From Octopus vulgaris (taxonomy: Eukaryota): a stretch of 64,000 nt of DNA. Position 1 is the first letter of the stretch. Every line of letters begins with the position of its first letter. Position numbers and translations under genes: made by a program. The stretch covers positions 21,080,001 to 21,144,000 of the forward strand of contig OX597842.1 in the NCBI GenBank assembly GCA_951406725.2. Direction: 5' to 3'. Below, in pieces: positions 45,312 to 57,484 of the stretch. The notes beneath the pieces are model-generated. The model did not search any database. It was not told where the DNA came from and saw only the letters and a list, made by a program, of their open reading frames with translations.

Positions 45312-46745
45312 TTACGGTTGAGAAAGGGAGCATGACAGTTTGAATCTGCCCGCTTCCCCTTCTTCCTCCCTTGTGGTCGTGGCTGCAGGGCTCTTAACCG
45401 GCGTTGCCACCGGGCTCTGGGTGGGTGTGGTTGCCGGGGTTATAACGAGTTTACCCTCCAGAACTTCTTTTGTCACATCTCTAATCAGTCTGTTCTTTAG
45501 ATGTTCTTGAAGAACTTCCTCCTTCCACTCGTCTTCCTTTATTTTCGCGAAGCGAGTGGTTGCTTTTATGTCTGTAGCCTTGCTATATAATTTAAATTTT
45601 GAAAATTTATAGTATTTATATACCCTTTCATTTTTCTCATCAAAAGCGATGATCTTATCATTTTTTTTTAAAGACTTTTTCACATCTTGTTTTATGGGGA
45701 GGGGCTTGGCGAACTGTTTCCCAATGAAAACAGTGCCATGGGGGTAGGGCTGGGGGATTTGTTTCGTGTGTATGTCTGCGGTGCTTGCTGATTTTTTCCT
45801 TGTTTGGGGAGGGGAGTCCAGGGTGTTGTCTTTTTTTCTTTTGTGTGTTACCTGTGTGTAGTCCATGTGTTCGGTACAATCCGTTTCTGTTTCTATGCTT
45901 GTCGTCGTCTTGTTATCCTTTTCTGCCTTCTCCCCTTCAGTGTTTGAAGCACTTTGAGGAGGGGCTTCATTGGTTTTCTTCTTTTTTATGCAGTTCGAGC
46001 GGACGTGACCCTTCTCTCCACATTTAAAACATCTCGGTCTGCGTCCCTCTACTGATACTCTCATTGATGTTCCATCTTCGTTGAATATCCTATCGGGTAG
46101 GTTCTCTAATATCTTATTTTCCGCCTGAACGAGGAGCTCCAGCGTCTGTCCCTTCCAGCGTACCTCCTCTTTCCTTCTCATCTGCAGAATCGAAATTTCC
46201 CGCTCTATATTGTGCAGGACCGCTGCTGCTACCCACATTATATCGTACCCTCTCGGTATGTCCTCTATCAGCAGTTTCGCTGTTCTTTTTCCCATGTACG
46301 AGGGTAGCAGCATGATCTCATCATTTTTCAGGGTCAATGATGACACCTCTCTTGCTATCTCCGCTGAGTCAAAATGTGCCTCAACAGTAGCGCTGCGCGC
46401 ACCTCGAACGACATGGCGAATTTTGTCCCACACCGGGGACAAGCACTTTTCGACCATTTCGTTCCTGACGTCCATAATTTTCTTTTCTTTGTAGCTATAC
46501 ACTTTATATATGACTGTTTTCTCCTTTATTTCTTGTACCTTCGCCTGCGGCGGTACAAGTTTGACTTCGTTTCCTTCCATTTTTACCAAGTTCCTGAATT
46601 CGAACAGTTGTTCGATCTTGAATTCAACGTCCATCATGGTTCCGCCTACCGCGGCCGAAAAAGACTGTTTGGTTACTTCCGTTTCCTTTAATTCACTTGT
46701 TCCCATCGCGGGGAAGTCATTCTTCGACGCCAAGTCGAAATCCAT
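45312..46745 (-). CDS. LINE ORF1 nucleic-acid-binding protein with CCHC zinc knuckle
   Basis: Open 477-aa frame containing CFKCGEKGHVRSNC, stopping 26 nt before the ORF2 ATG. Confidence 0.88.
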   Translation of the reverse strand: MDFDLASKNDFPAMGTSELKETEVTKQSFSAAVGGTMMDVEFKIEQLFEFRNLVKMEGNEVKLVPPQAKVQEIKEKTVIYKVYSYKEKKIMDVRNEMVEKCLSPVWDKIRHVVRGARSATVEAHFDSAEIAREVSSLTLKNDEIMLLPSYMGKRTAKLLIEDIPRGYDIMWVAAAVLHNIEREISILQMRRKEEVRWKGQTLELLVQAENKILENLPDRIFNEDGTSMRVSVEGRRPRCFKCGEKGHVRSNCIKKKKTNEAPPQSASNTEGEKAEKDNKTTTSIETETDCTEHMDYTQVTHKRKKDNTLDSPPQTRKKSASTADIHTKQIPQPYPHGTVFIGKQFAKPLPIKQDVKKSLKKNDKIIAFDEKNERVYKYYKFSKFKLYSKATDIKATTRFAKIKEDEWKEEVLQEHLKNRLIRDVTKEVLEGKLVITPATTPTQSPVATPVKSPAATTTREEEGEAGRFKLSCSLSQP

Positions 46746-47365
46746 TCCTCAAAGAATGTTTCAAAAATTACCTCGAAGGTAATAACAATTTTAAATACAG
46801 AATTTTCTGCCCCGTAGGGCGAAAATTACCGTTACACAACGGGCACTGTTCAAATAACAATTAACACAAACAACGATGATCAAAATTTCGAACTCTCTCA
46901 ACAAAGGCAGCAATTTCTCAAAACGCAGGAAAATGTGGAAAGTATGAAATGAATGTAAAAAAAGGGATAATATATGAGAAAATAAAAATAAAACGAACGG
47001 GACAGTTTATGCGAACAAGTTCAAGGTTGAGAGTTCAAGGTTAGAAATGTATAGACGTCGTGGTATATTTTTTAAGGATTTCACATCAATAACAAAGTCA
47101 CTTTGATCCGTGAAAGAGAGGTGCAGCCAATGGTAAGTATCCAAGGGGTAAAGAAAATCCAATGTAGAGGTAAGAGTTGATAGTGGTGTTGGTAGAATAT
47201 AGGATGAAAGTGAGACCACCTGAGCGCATAATATATAACGGGAAGCTTTATGAAAATAGACAAAAGACGAAGGCAGGTTTACGGAAATAAACAAAAGACG
47301 AAGGCAGGTGGAAGACAAACAAACAATTGTATTAGTATGGTACTCAGGAATATAAATAAAGCAAG

Positions 47366-47403
47366 TCTTTTACGTTTCGAGCCTACGCTCTTCAACAGAA
47401 AGA
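47366..47403 (-). ncRNA. Minimal hammerhead-ribozyme-like motif (Penelope type)
   Basis: Minus strand reads UCUUU CUGUUGA A GAGC GUAG GCUC GAAA CGUA AAAGA. Stems I and II are perfect, with one core deviation (CUGUUGA). Confidence 0.5.
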
Positions 47404-47852
47404 TACACAGAGAAGAAACACAGAATGAAGGAGAAAAAAAATGCGTGCAGAGGCTAGCGAATCAACATGGCGATCTGATTTCGGCCAGAAGTCAAAGATC
47501 AAACGTGAGACGCAAGAGCAAAATTAGGGGAGATAATAGGGTTAAATGACCTCGCTCCAACATAAGAGTGTGTGTGTGTGTATGAGAAGAGTGTGTGTGG
47601 GTGTATGAGAGAGTATTAGTGCGTATGAGCGGTCTGGACGTGTGTATGCATATATGATGTGATGTGTAAAGTCGTATGGTGTAGTGTAGAGAGAGGAGAT
47701 GAGGGAAGAGGGGGGAGGTAACACGTATAATGTGTATTTGTGTGTATGTAATTATTGATGTAATTAGGTTATAATGACCTAATTACATTTGTTTTCATTG
47801 GTTAATCTAATAATAATAATTGTTTTTCCTCTCCTCTTTGTATAACTTTCAG

Positions 47853-47889
47853 GCAACACTATAGTGTGGTATCGTTGATGCTGGCCCAG
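47853..47889 (+). CDS. Ankyrin-RING-Death gene, exon (QHYSVVSLMLAQ)
   Basis: Polypyrimidine tract and tttcag|...cag|gttagt, phase 2-0. It reads as ankyrin helix 2 and joins the next exon in frame. Confidence 0.65.
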
Positions 47890-48194
47890 GTTAGTTAACA
47901 AATACATATTATATCCTCTCTCTAGTATTCAATATTTATATCATCAAAATACCAGTGAAATTCTGGGGGTAGATTTAATCAACTGCACTGCAGCAGCCTT
48001 TTAATATAGCAGGTCTTGGGTCTGTGAAGAATAATTATGTTGGTAATAACAATGATGATAGTAGTCGTAGTGATGACAGTCCAACTGACCACCACTGCTG
48101 ATAGTGCTATCTTTAATGGTCAGACAAAACAAGATCATTATGAATTCAACCCATATATATCAGATTATATATATCATCATCAACCACTCTGCCA

Positions 48195-48460
48195 TATGCC
48201 CGTGGGCATATGGCATAGTGGTTAATAGTACAGGCTACTAACCCCAAGATTCCAAGTTCAGTTACAGGCCGTGACTTGAATAATAATAATAATAATAATA
48301 ACAATAATAATAACATTGAAAAATACCTTTGGAATGAGAACATAGGTTCGAAATTTCCTCAAGACACCTGACAAAGGCTGGAGGGTATATCAGCCGAAAC
48401 ATTGTGTTAACAACAAACAAGATGAGGACAAATATCCATCAAATGTAAATAATGTAAATA
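48195..48460 (+). mobile_element. tRNA-headed SINE with Penelope-like tail
   Basis: tggcatagtggttaa A-box, agttcagttac B-box-like, (aat)n, and a tail containing ctgacaaaggctg..cagccgaaac. Confidence 0.6.
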
Positions 48461-48620
48461 ATGATGATCATCATCTTTTAGTGTCTGTCTCTCATGTGTG
48501 TGTGTGTAAATTGTTGGTGTCTGCATTTTATCTTATGTCCAATAATTTATTTGGCTTCTTGGCTGCTTTTTCCCTCTGCACGTATGTATAAATGTGTGTG
48601 TATATATGTATATATATATA

Positions 48621-48683
<63 letters not shown>

Positions 48684-49209
48684 ACCCAGAAAGAGAGTTA
48701 CTCTTGTCAGACACATTGCACACTCAGATTATGCAGCAGAGATAAGTTAAAGGTCCTTGTCCCCAGCAACAAAGCTAAATGTGGGCATGCTGAACTCAGT
48801 CCCTATTGCTTCGTTAATCCATTATCATCAGTACATGATGAATCAACTTCCCTTCTCCTCTCTCCCTGCCTAACTCAATGGATTAACTACCCTTACTGTA
48901 TTTGTCTACCTAACTTATTTACCTGTATTTGTATTAACATGGCTTTGCATGAATGCCGGGATGCAACACCCTTCACTGTTGGTGGTGACGATACCTGATT
49001 AACTCCTCTTTACAGGTATTCATACTAACACCTCTGTGCTAATGCCAGCACAACACCCACGTCCAGTGGTGTTAGCAAGCGTTACATGAATGATGCAGGA
49101 TTAAATGCAAGGACAACTGCTAATGACATGCTGGCAGGAAAATGCTAATAACAACTTTTTCAGATGCTGATAGCTGCAGCCAACTGAAGGGCTACTTCTA
49201 TGACACTTC

Positions 49210-49870
49210 AAAGATAAATGACCGTGACCTTCGTGGCTGGTGATTTCAATGGACGTGTTGGGCAGCACCCAGGTATCTTCCAAGGGGTACATGGTGGGAC
49301 ACAGAATTGTGGGAACAAAAACCATAGCCACCATGTACACCATGGAAGCCCCCTGCATGTTGCCCAACGTGCCCATTGAAGTCGCCAGCCACAAAGAGAA
49401 GGTCCCTGTCATTCATTGATGAGGTAGTCTGCAAGAGGGTGTCATAAAATCAGTCTTTCTGTTCATCAGGTAGCCCTGGCTGAGGGTCATAGGCTGAGAT
49501 AATGGTTGCTAATCCATGTTGCAGCACTAATCTAAACTTAAGTATTCCATCACAGACTCTGACTATCTTGATTATCTTATCAGCCCATTTCTCTGCAAGA
49601 AGTATACTCATGCCCCCGACTCCATCAGTGTGCCCTACCCAGAAAATCTTATACTTATGTTCTTTGCCTGTGAGGAACCTAGCAGAACTTCCTCTCCACC
49701 TTCTTGGATGCAGCACAAATCTACACATCTCTGTTCAAGCATGTTAACAATCTCACCAGACCTACCTTTCAATGTGCCGATGTTGAGAGTACTAACCCTG
49801 AGGGTGTTGAAGATATGGGTCCATGAGACCCTGGGATGGGGAATAGCAGCATCATGTACCTGAAAAGAAA
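49210..49870 (-). pseudogene. RTE LINE AP-endonuclease fragment
   Basis: TLNIGTLKGRSGEIV..CIQE..SAY..AGDFNGHVG, frameshifted. A further RTE RT scrap lies at 52890-53045. Confidence 0.8.
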
Positions 49871-49993
49871 GCTTGCATTTGGCAGAACCTATAAACATAC
49901 AATAGTCTTCAACCTGCAAACACTACACCATCATTTTATGCACTACATCATCACATAGGAGATAAACCCTATATATATAAATATATGTATATA

Positions 49994-50051
<58 letters not shown>

Positions 50052-50056
50052 TATAT

Positions 50057-50097
<41 letters not shown>

Positions 50098-50762
50098 CAT
50101 CGTTTAGCGTCCGTTTTCCATGCTAGCATGGGTTGGACGGTTCTACTGGGGTCTGTGAAGCCAGAAGGCTTCATCAGGCCCAGTCAAATCTGGCAGTGTT
50201 TCTACGGCTGGATGCCCTTCCTAACGCCAACCACTCCGAGAGTGTAGTGGGTGCTTTTTACGTGCCACCCGCACAGGTGCCAGACAGAGCTGGCAAACGG
50301 CCACGAATGGATGGTGCTTTTTATGTGCCACCGGCACGAGGGCCAGGCGAGGCTGGCAACGGACACGAAACGGGGCGGTGCTGGCAACGGTCGCGAAACG
50401 GAAGGTTCTCTTACATGCCACCGGCACTGGTAACACATCTGCAATTTCCATTGATCGATTTCGATTCTGATCGAAATCATTGCCATCATCCTTTCTGATG
50501 ATGATGATGATGATGATGATATATATATATATATATATATTTAAAATTAAAATCAAAATGTGGGTGAAAAATTGGATATTAATTTAATAACATCAATTTA
50601 AGACCAGTGGTCTAGCGTATAAAAAACTGAGATTCAGTAAATGATTTTCTGGAGAACAATTCTTAGTGGTTGAGACCTATGCGGATCTCTTTTTAGCACA
50701 ACGGCTTCCACATAGTGGTTTCCTCTTATATTTATGTATAAAATACTATTTACTGAATCTCA

Positions 50763-50824
<62 letters not shown>

Positions 50825-51414
50825 TTATGTATGTATGTATTGGGATTGTATCACCAATTATTATGACACGATACTGTTTACACTATAACCTTGTAGTAAC
50901 AATAAAACATATTACGGATCAGGGTAACAACGACAATCCATACACAAGCCAACAAACAATGAAAACAACACCTTACGACTTCCTGCAATTAACACCTACT
51001 CTCTCTGGTCTCTCACTCAGACTGCTACTATTCATAGTCATTCAGTCAAGTCTGTTCTTGCATGCGTTCTTTTGACTCTCGCCACAACATGTAATCGAGT
51101 CCAGGACCTATTCTATGTAAGCCTAGTACTTATTCTGTTGATCCTTTTTGCCAAATCGCTAGCTTACAGGGATGTAAACACACCAGCATCGATTGTTAAG
51201 CAATGTTGGGAGGACAATCACAGACACACAAACACACACACACACACACACATATACGATGGGCTTCTTTCAGTTTTTGTTTACCAAATCCACTCACAAG
51301 GCTTTGGCCAGCCCGAGATGATAGTATAAGACACTTGCTCAAGGTGCCATGCAGTGGTACTAAACCCTTGAATCATGTGGTTGGTAAGCAAGCTATTTAC
51401 CATAGCCACTCCTG

Positions 51415-51467
<53 letters not shown>

Positions 51468-51801
51468 AAATATATCTATATATATGTGTTTGTGTGTATC
51501 TCACTTCCATAACATTCATGTATATGTGTGTGTATGTACAGGAATGTTAAGGATGTGGACACTAACCAACTCACCTGTTTTATGAACCCCTTATTAATAT
51601 AGCAGCATCATAATTCTTCTTTACTAGTTTTGATCTGCTAATTATATGTTCACTCTTGTTCTGCTCCCCTAAAATTTACTATAGTGAGAGATAAATATAG
51701 ATTAGGCTGAAACAATCTGTTTAAGACCTCTTAATAGATTTATCATGTCCCTAACACATATCCCATGTACATTTTCAATTTCTATTTTTACTTCCACAAA
51801 G

Positions 51802-52014
51802 GATTCAGTGAAACTGGATATTGGGAATCATAAGAAAATAACACCATTGCTGGAAGCCGTCTCCAGGGCCCACCTCAGAATTATCCGTAAACTTATTATA
51901 CAGGGTGCAAATATTAATGCTGTCGACAATGATGGCAATAATTGTTTGCACCTCTCCATAATAAAGAAAGAGATGTTCCATTCTGAGGTGGAACCCATTC
52001 CCATTTTAGATGAG
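51802..52014 (+). CDS. Ankyrin-RING-Death gene, ankyrin exon
   Basis: TPLLEAVSRAH..GANINAVDNDGNNCLH. aag|...gag|gtaagt, 213 nt, phase 0-0. Confidence 0.9.
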
Positions 52015-53041
52015 GTAAGTTTTTAAAATTGTTTGTGAATATGTGTGTGTGGTTGGCATTAGAAAGGGCATGCAACCGCAGAAACTATGCCAAAACTGGC
52101 AATTGGTACCTGAGCAGCTCTGCAGCTGCCCAGCTTCTGCCAAACTATCCAACCCATGCCAGCATAGAAAACGAATTAAAAATGATGATGAGGAGGATGT
52201 GTGTATGTGTGAGTGAGAGAAAGAGAGAGATATAGAGAAACAGGCAGACATTGTTTGCTATTTTCTTTCACTCCCATCCACTTCTTTTCCTTTAGTATTA
52301 AATAATTCAGTTTCTCCTGATAGCACTAGTTGTATTATGTAACTAACAATATTCCATCTTCTTTCATCTTCAAAAGCATGGCCACTCCACTGTAAAGAAG
52401 GTAACCCGTCTTAAATATGTGTCATGTAAACACTGCCATAACTGTATGAAGGAGAGGTGACCAACGACAGAGATAAGTCTTTAAATTTAAGAAAGAGAAA
52501 TTCACAAACTGTTTTAAATATCGAATTTCAAGTTAAACGAGTTGAACTGTGTTAATTGCTAGAAAACATATTTCATTAATCTTTTTCAAAGAAAGGAAAA
52601 GGTAAATAAATTCGTTTATGGACAATTAGATTTAAAGAAAATATATTCATGGACTTCGAAGAAAGTTTCTTTTATCAGTATGATAATGAATATATAACTG
52701 AGATTATTCAAAGTTGATAATTAGGGTTCCAAATATTGCCAGGGCTTGGACTTTGTGTGTATACTGACTACAGTAATACCCCTTGCAATGATTGTAAATA
52801 AGGGAGATGTGAGGAGAATGAATTTACATTAAGATGTGTGCACAAAAGTGTGATGTCACGAGATTGTATGTATGACGATGTAACTAGACAGATAGTCATA
52901 GAGGCCCTTTGTTACCAACAAAGATAGAAGCTCTCTGAACTTTGCCCTGCTTAATCTTATTCTAGCAGCTATGCTCTTGGCGCATCCACCTCCACTACTG
53001 ACTTGATTACCTAGATAACAGTAGCTCTCAACTACTTCTAG

Positions 53042-53095
<54 letters not shown>

Positions 53096-54109
53096 TTGTT
53101 TGTTTGTTTGAAAGACCTCAGCATCTATCCACTGGTAGATCTGATGGTGTTTATTGTCTGTTGTTGCAGAATTTAAGCAACTCTTTGATTCCCTAATATG
53201 TAACGGTCACTACAGATGTGTGACTGTATTTCAGACAGTTGATGGTCACCTATGTATTGTTGTAATGTCTTCTTTGGTGAGAAGAAGCTACTCTAGCAGT
53301 CAATGACCCATTATTATAGGAATTGTCTATCAGACTAACAGTTTCAACAATTGCTTGACTATAATGTGCTGGTGTGTTGCCTCAACCACCACACCAATCT
53401 TTACTTCACTTCATCAGCCAAAAATGTTTCTTTATAAATTTTGGAAACATTATTGATATGCTTGGATATGTCTGTCTGGTGTTGGTTTTGTTGCTGTGTC
53501 TGAAGAAATTATTATGTTCTTGGTGTTCTCTGTTCATTGTTTGTTGTTATGGAAATGAGTTGCACTTAGTGACCAGTGAAACATTTCCCAATCAATATTT
53601 GGATTATCGAAATTACCAGTTTGAAAATATGGGTGACTGCTTTCATAGATGCAGATCTGAAGATGTCAAAAATCTGAGTTTTGATGGCAGTTTTGCAGAT
53701 GGTAAACAAATTCAAGTAGGAGTATATATGTTGTTAAAAAAATACTTCTTGTTGCGACCAGTTAAAATCTCCATAAGGAATTACAGAAAATCTTGAGTGA
53801 CCATAGACCATCACACGACCCCCATGGTAATTAGAATGGCCTTTGTGTAACAAAATGTAGCTTGCCATTGTTTGTTGTTATGTTGTTGTGTTATATTTAT
53901 ATATACAATACTCTTCTATAAGTATTTCTTTTGTTATGGCCAGTTGGCTTTATCAAGCCAGTTGTAAAGATAGGTTCTTGTTGGTTTGTTGTGTTCTGTT
54001 ATTTGTGATACTTGTTCCATTATATTTCCTACATTTGACATGATTTGCTTATCTATAATATATATTTGTGTAATATTCTACTCATCGTTTTATATTTCAT
54101 CATTTGCAG

Positions 54110-54288
54110 TGCTGCAAAGAGCTCCAACTGGACATGGATAGGAGGCTCTCTGGAATAGTAGTTTTGAGTTACCTTGCCAGCCAAGGAGCCAGCTTATACC
54201 ATCGTAATAAGAAGAAGAAAGTGACCCCATTGGACTACATAGAAAATCAACATTTGAAAGAAAAATTACAAACATTTTTACAATCACT
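54110..54288 (+). CDS. Ankyrin-RING-Death gene, terminal ankyrin exon
   Basis: YLASQGASLYHRNKKKKVTPLD. ttgcag|...ct|gtaagt, phase 0-2. Confidence 0.88.
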
Positions 54289-55286
54289 GTAAGTACTCAC
54301 TGGCAACGCCAAGATAAACCAGGACATTTTCTCTTTTGTATATAATCATGTTTATATGTTTATTTAGTTTGAATTTTCCCAATGTATTATTCCGTCATTA
54401 GTGTCTTGACTCAAGACAACAATAATGATTTCCAATTCTGGCACAAGGCCAGCAAGTTCAGGGAGGGGATAAGTCAATTACTACAGCCCCAGTTTTCAAC
54501 TGGTACTTATTTTATCAACAGCAAGGTAAAGTCAACTGCAGCTGAATTTGAACTCAGCATGTAAAGGCAGACGAAATGCCAGAAAGCATTTTGCTCTGTG
54601 TGCTAATGATTCTGCCAGCTTGCAGCCTTAAGACCACACAACAATAATAAGAACAATAAACAGAAAATACAGTTGTTAGTGGATCAAACGAAAAACACTA
54701 TTTTGATGACATTCACATGATTGCTTGTGTTGACTGATATACCTCACCATCCACCCCTGACTATTTTAGAGCTCGGTGACCTCCATGAAAATGTAGTACT
54801 AAATAATAAAGTGAATGAACCCATTTTGAAATTGCTATTTAGAAGTAAATAGGATTTATCTGTCTACCAACAATGTTTTCTCTCTCTCTCTCTTCTCTGA
54901 TTCAATCAGTTGTCATGTACGCTTTCATGTGAAAATAACCTAAAACACACACTAACAATGTGTATGTCATCATCATCATCATCATCATTTAACGTCTGTT
55001 GTCCATGCTGGCATGGATTGGACTGTTTGACTGGAATGGCATGTTGGAAGGCTGCACCTTAGTCAGCCTTTGATATTTTCAGCCCACCCTTGTATGTGTA
55101 TGTTAATGTGACACTTGTATACACACAAACCTGCTTGTATGTAATTGTTTACAGTAGAATTTACGATGTACTCTTGTTGGTTACTGTTGTACCCCTTAAT
55201 ATTCTGTACTCTAAACATGTCCACAACGAAATATTTTATTATAAATGAATGTTAATGATGGGATGTGTTAATATTTTGTTCTACAG

Positions 55287-55429
55287 GTGTTGGTTTTGTC
55301 AAGAGAAAAAGGCTACTGTCACACTCCATCCATGTCAACATACCGTTATTTGTCAGAATTGCTGTTCTCAAATGACATTTAAGCAATGCCCCATATGTCG
55401 ACAACACATACTCCAGAAAAGTGGATTTG
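55287..55429 (+). CDS. Ankyrin-RING-Death gene, C3HC4 RING exon (MIB/IAP type)
   Basis: CWFC..PCQH..CQNC..CPICR. tacag|...g|gtaaga, phase 2-1. Confidence 0.92.
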
Positions 55430-56278
55430 GTAAGAACATTCTTTCTTGATCTGTCTGTTGTCTCATTAACTTTCTGGTATGGAATAATGCACTTCATGTT
55501 GTAGTGGAGACATGCAACTCCTTGTTTGTAACTATATATGATTAACACTTGTTATAATGTTTGCCATCCTTTTAGACATTTTATACTCACACTCGTTAGT
55601 TTTTAGATGTGATTAATGCTAAAAGAGACATTGTTTTCTGACTCTTTCACCTTTTGGCTTTACTTTTGAGTTGATTCGTTTTAATTCGAACATGAAGCCT
55701 GGTCATTGCTCCAAGGTGGTATCAGAAAGTTCACGGACTAGTTCTGTAGCATGCCAACAGATGGCAGCACACCGTTTCGCGCACAGTGAGAGCTAGCAAT
55801 GACTTTCACGAGGCAGTGTGCTGGGTGACACCACTGCGTTTACTTCAAAAGTTGTGAAATTTGTGCTTTTGTGGTCATTTGTAGGCTGTAGTCTGCAATT
55901 TTCTAATGGGCAGGAACAAATAACCAATGTGAAATTTCGCGTTAGACTTGTCCAGCAAAGACATAACAAAGAAACAACAAAACTAAGAGAAAAAGAGTGT
56001 TATGAAGTGATAACTAAGTGAGAGAATTTCAGAATTGTTAGATTAGTATATAGGATGTCTTAAGAGAAAGATGAGATTTAGAAAGGTTTACCCATTTTGT
56101 TCTTGTTGTAAATATTGAACTATTATATAGTAACAGCTTAGAAAGTGTTGACTGAAAGCATAGTGGTCACCAATTGACTATTGATGATATGAATGCCTTA
56201 CAATAATGGAATATAGATTATTAAAAGAGACAAAGAAATTTTACTATGAAGTATAAAACTTTGAAATGCTTATTTCAG

Positions 56279-56991
56279 TGTGTCCAAAGTTTGAAGAGAA
56301 AGCAGTCCAGACGGTTGCAGAGTCTGTTGGTGAGTATAAAATAACTGTAATTGAATTCTATAAATTTTACCTTCACCTGAAATATATTATTTGTGTGAAT
56401 GTCTGAGAACAGGTTCCATTCTTAATTTCCAATTCTTATTTCAGTGTGTCCAAGGTGTAGAGAAAAAGCAGTCAAGACGGTTGTAGAGTCTGTTGGTGAG
56501 TATAAAATAACTAATTGATTTCTATAAATTTTACTTTCACCTGAAATATATTATTTGTGTGAATGTCTGAGAACAGGTTCCATTCTTAATTTCCAATTCT
56601 TATTTCAGTGTGTCCAAGGTGTAGAGAAAAAGCAGTCAAGACGGTTGTAGAATCTTTTGGTGAGTATAAAATAACTGTAATTGATTTCTATAAATTTTAC
56701 CTTCACCTGAAATATATTATTTGTGTGAATGTCTGAGAACAGGTTCCATTCTTAATTTCCAATTCTTATTTCAGTGTGTCCAAAGTGTGAAGAAAAAGCA
56801 GTCAAGACAGTTGTAGAATCTTTTGGTGAGTATAAAATAACTGTAATTGATTTCTATAAATTTTACCTTCACCTGAAATATATTATTTGTGTGAATGTCT
56901 GAGAACAGGTTCCATTCCTAATTTCCAATTCTTATTTCAGTGTGTCCAAAGTGTGAAGAAAAAGCAGTCAAGACGGTTGTAGAGTCTGTTG
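56279..56991 (+). CDS. Five tandem 51-nt microexons (56279-329, 56445-495, 56609-659, 56775-825, 56941-991)
   Basis: Each is bounded by tatttcag|...|gtgagt, is phase 1-1 and is stop-free: VCPKFEEKAVQTVAESV, VCPRCREKAVKTVVESV/F, VCPKCEEKAVKTVVESF/V. Repeat period 164-166 bp. Confidence 0.8.
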
Positions 56992-57412
56992 GTGAGTATA
57001 AAATAACTGTAATTGATTTCTATAAATTTTACTTTCACCTGAGATATATTGTTTGTGTGAATGACTGAGAACAGGTTGTAGGAAAGAAAAGACACAATGA
57101 AGAGAAAAACAGTGTTATCAAGTGATAATTGAATGAGATATTCGCAGAAATGTTAGATTATGTAGGCTGTCTTAATAGAGAGAGAAAAGGGGAAGAATTT
57201 AGGAAGGTTAGTCTATTTTGTGGTGGTCCTGAATAATGAGCTTTAACATGGTATCACAGCAGAAAGTATAAAAATATTAGCCAAAACCATAGTGGTCACC
57301 AGTTGACCATTGATAATAGGAATGTCTGACAATAATAAAATATAGAATAATAAGAAAAATAATTAAAAAAAATTTAACTATATATTGTAAAACTTTTAAA
57401 TATTTATTTCAG

Positions 57413-57484
57413 AGAGTTTAAATTTGGATGAAAACCGCTCCCATAGCACATCGAAGAAGGTGGCAGTTAAGCAACAGCAAGTTG
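57413..57484 (+). CDS. 72-nt symmetric exon, diverged copy of the Death-domain exon
   Basis: tatttcag|...cagcaagttg|gtgagt, encoding ESLNLDENRSHSTSKKVAVKQQQV. Confidence 0.65.

Larger units (their letters stand above)
41625..46930 (-). mobile_element. Near full-length Tx1/L1-clade non-LTR retrotransposon
   Basis: ORF1 plus APE-RT ORF2, with minus-strand AATAAA at 41652-41657. Ends are approximate and no TSD was found. Confidence 0.9.

Noticed and set aside
48494-51469. YIYIYI/HTHT-rich ORFs
   Set aside because: These are translations of (TA)n and (CA)n microsatellites.
53374-53796. 140-aa ORF inside the ankyrin gene intron
   Set aside because: It has no ATG start, splice support or motif, and is probably decayed repeat sequence.
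55712-55950. Second mariner-like left end
   Set aside because: Only a TIR-like start is present, with no matching right end or transposase, so it is too weak to annotate.
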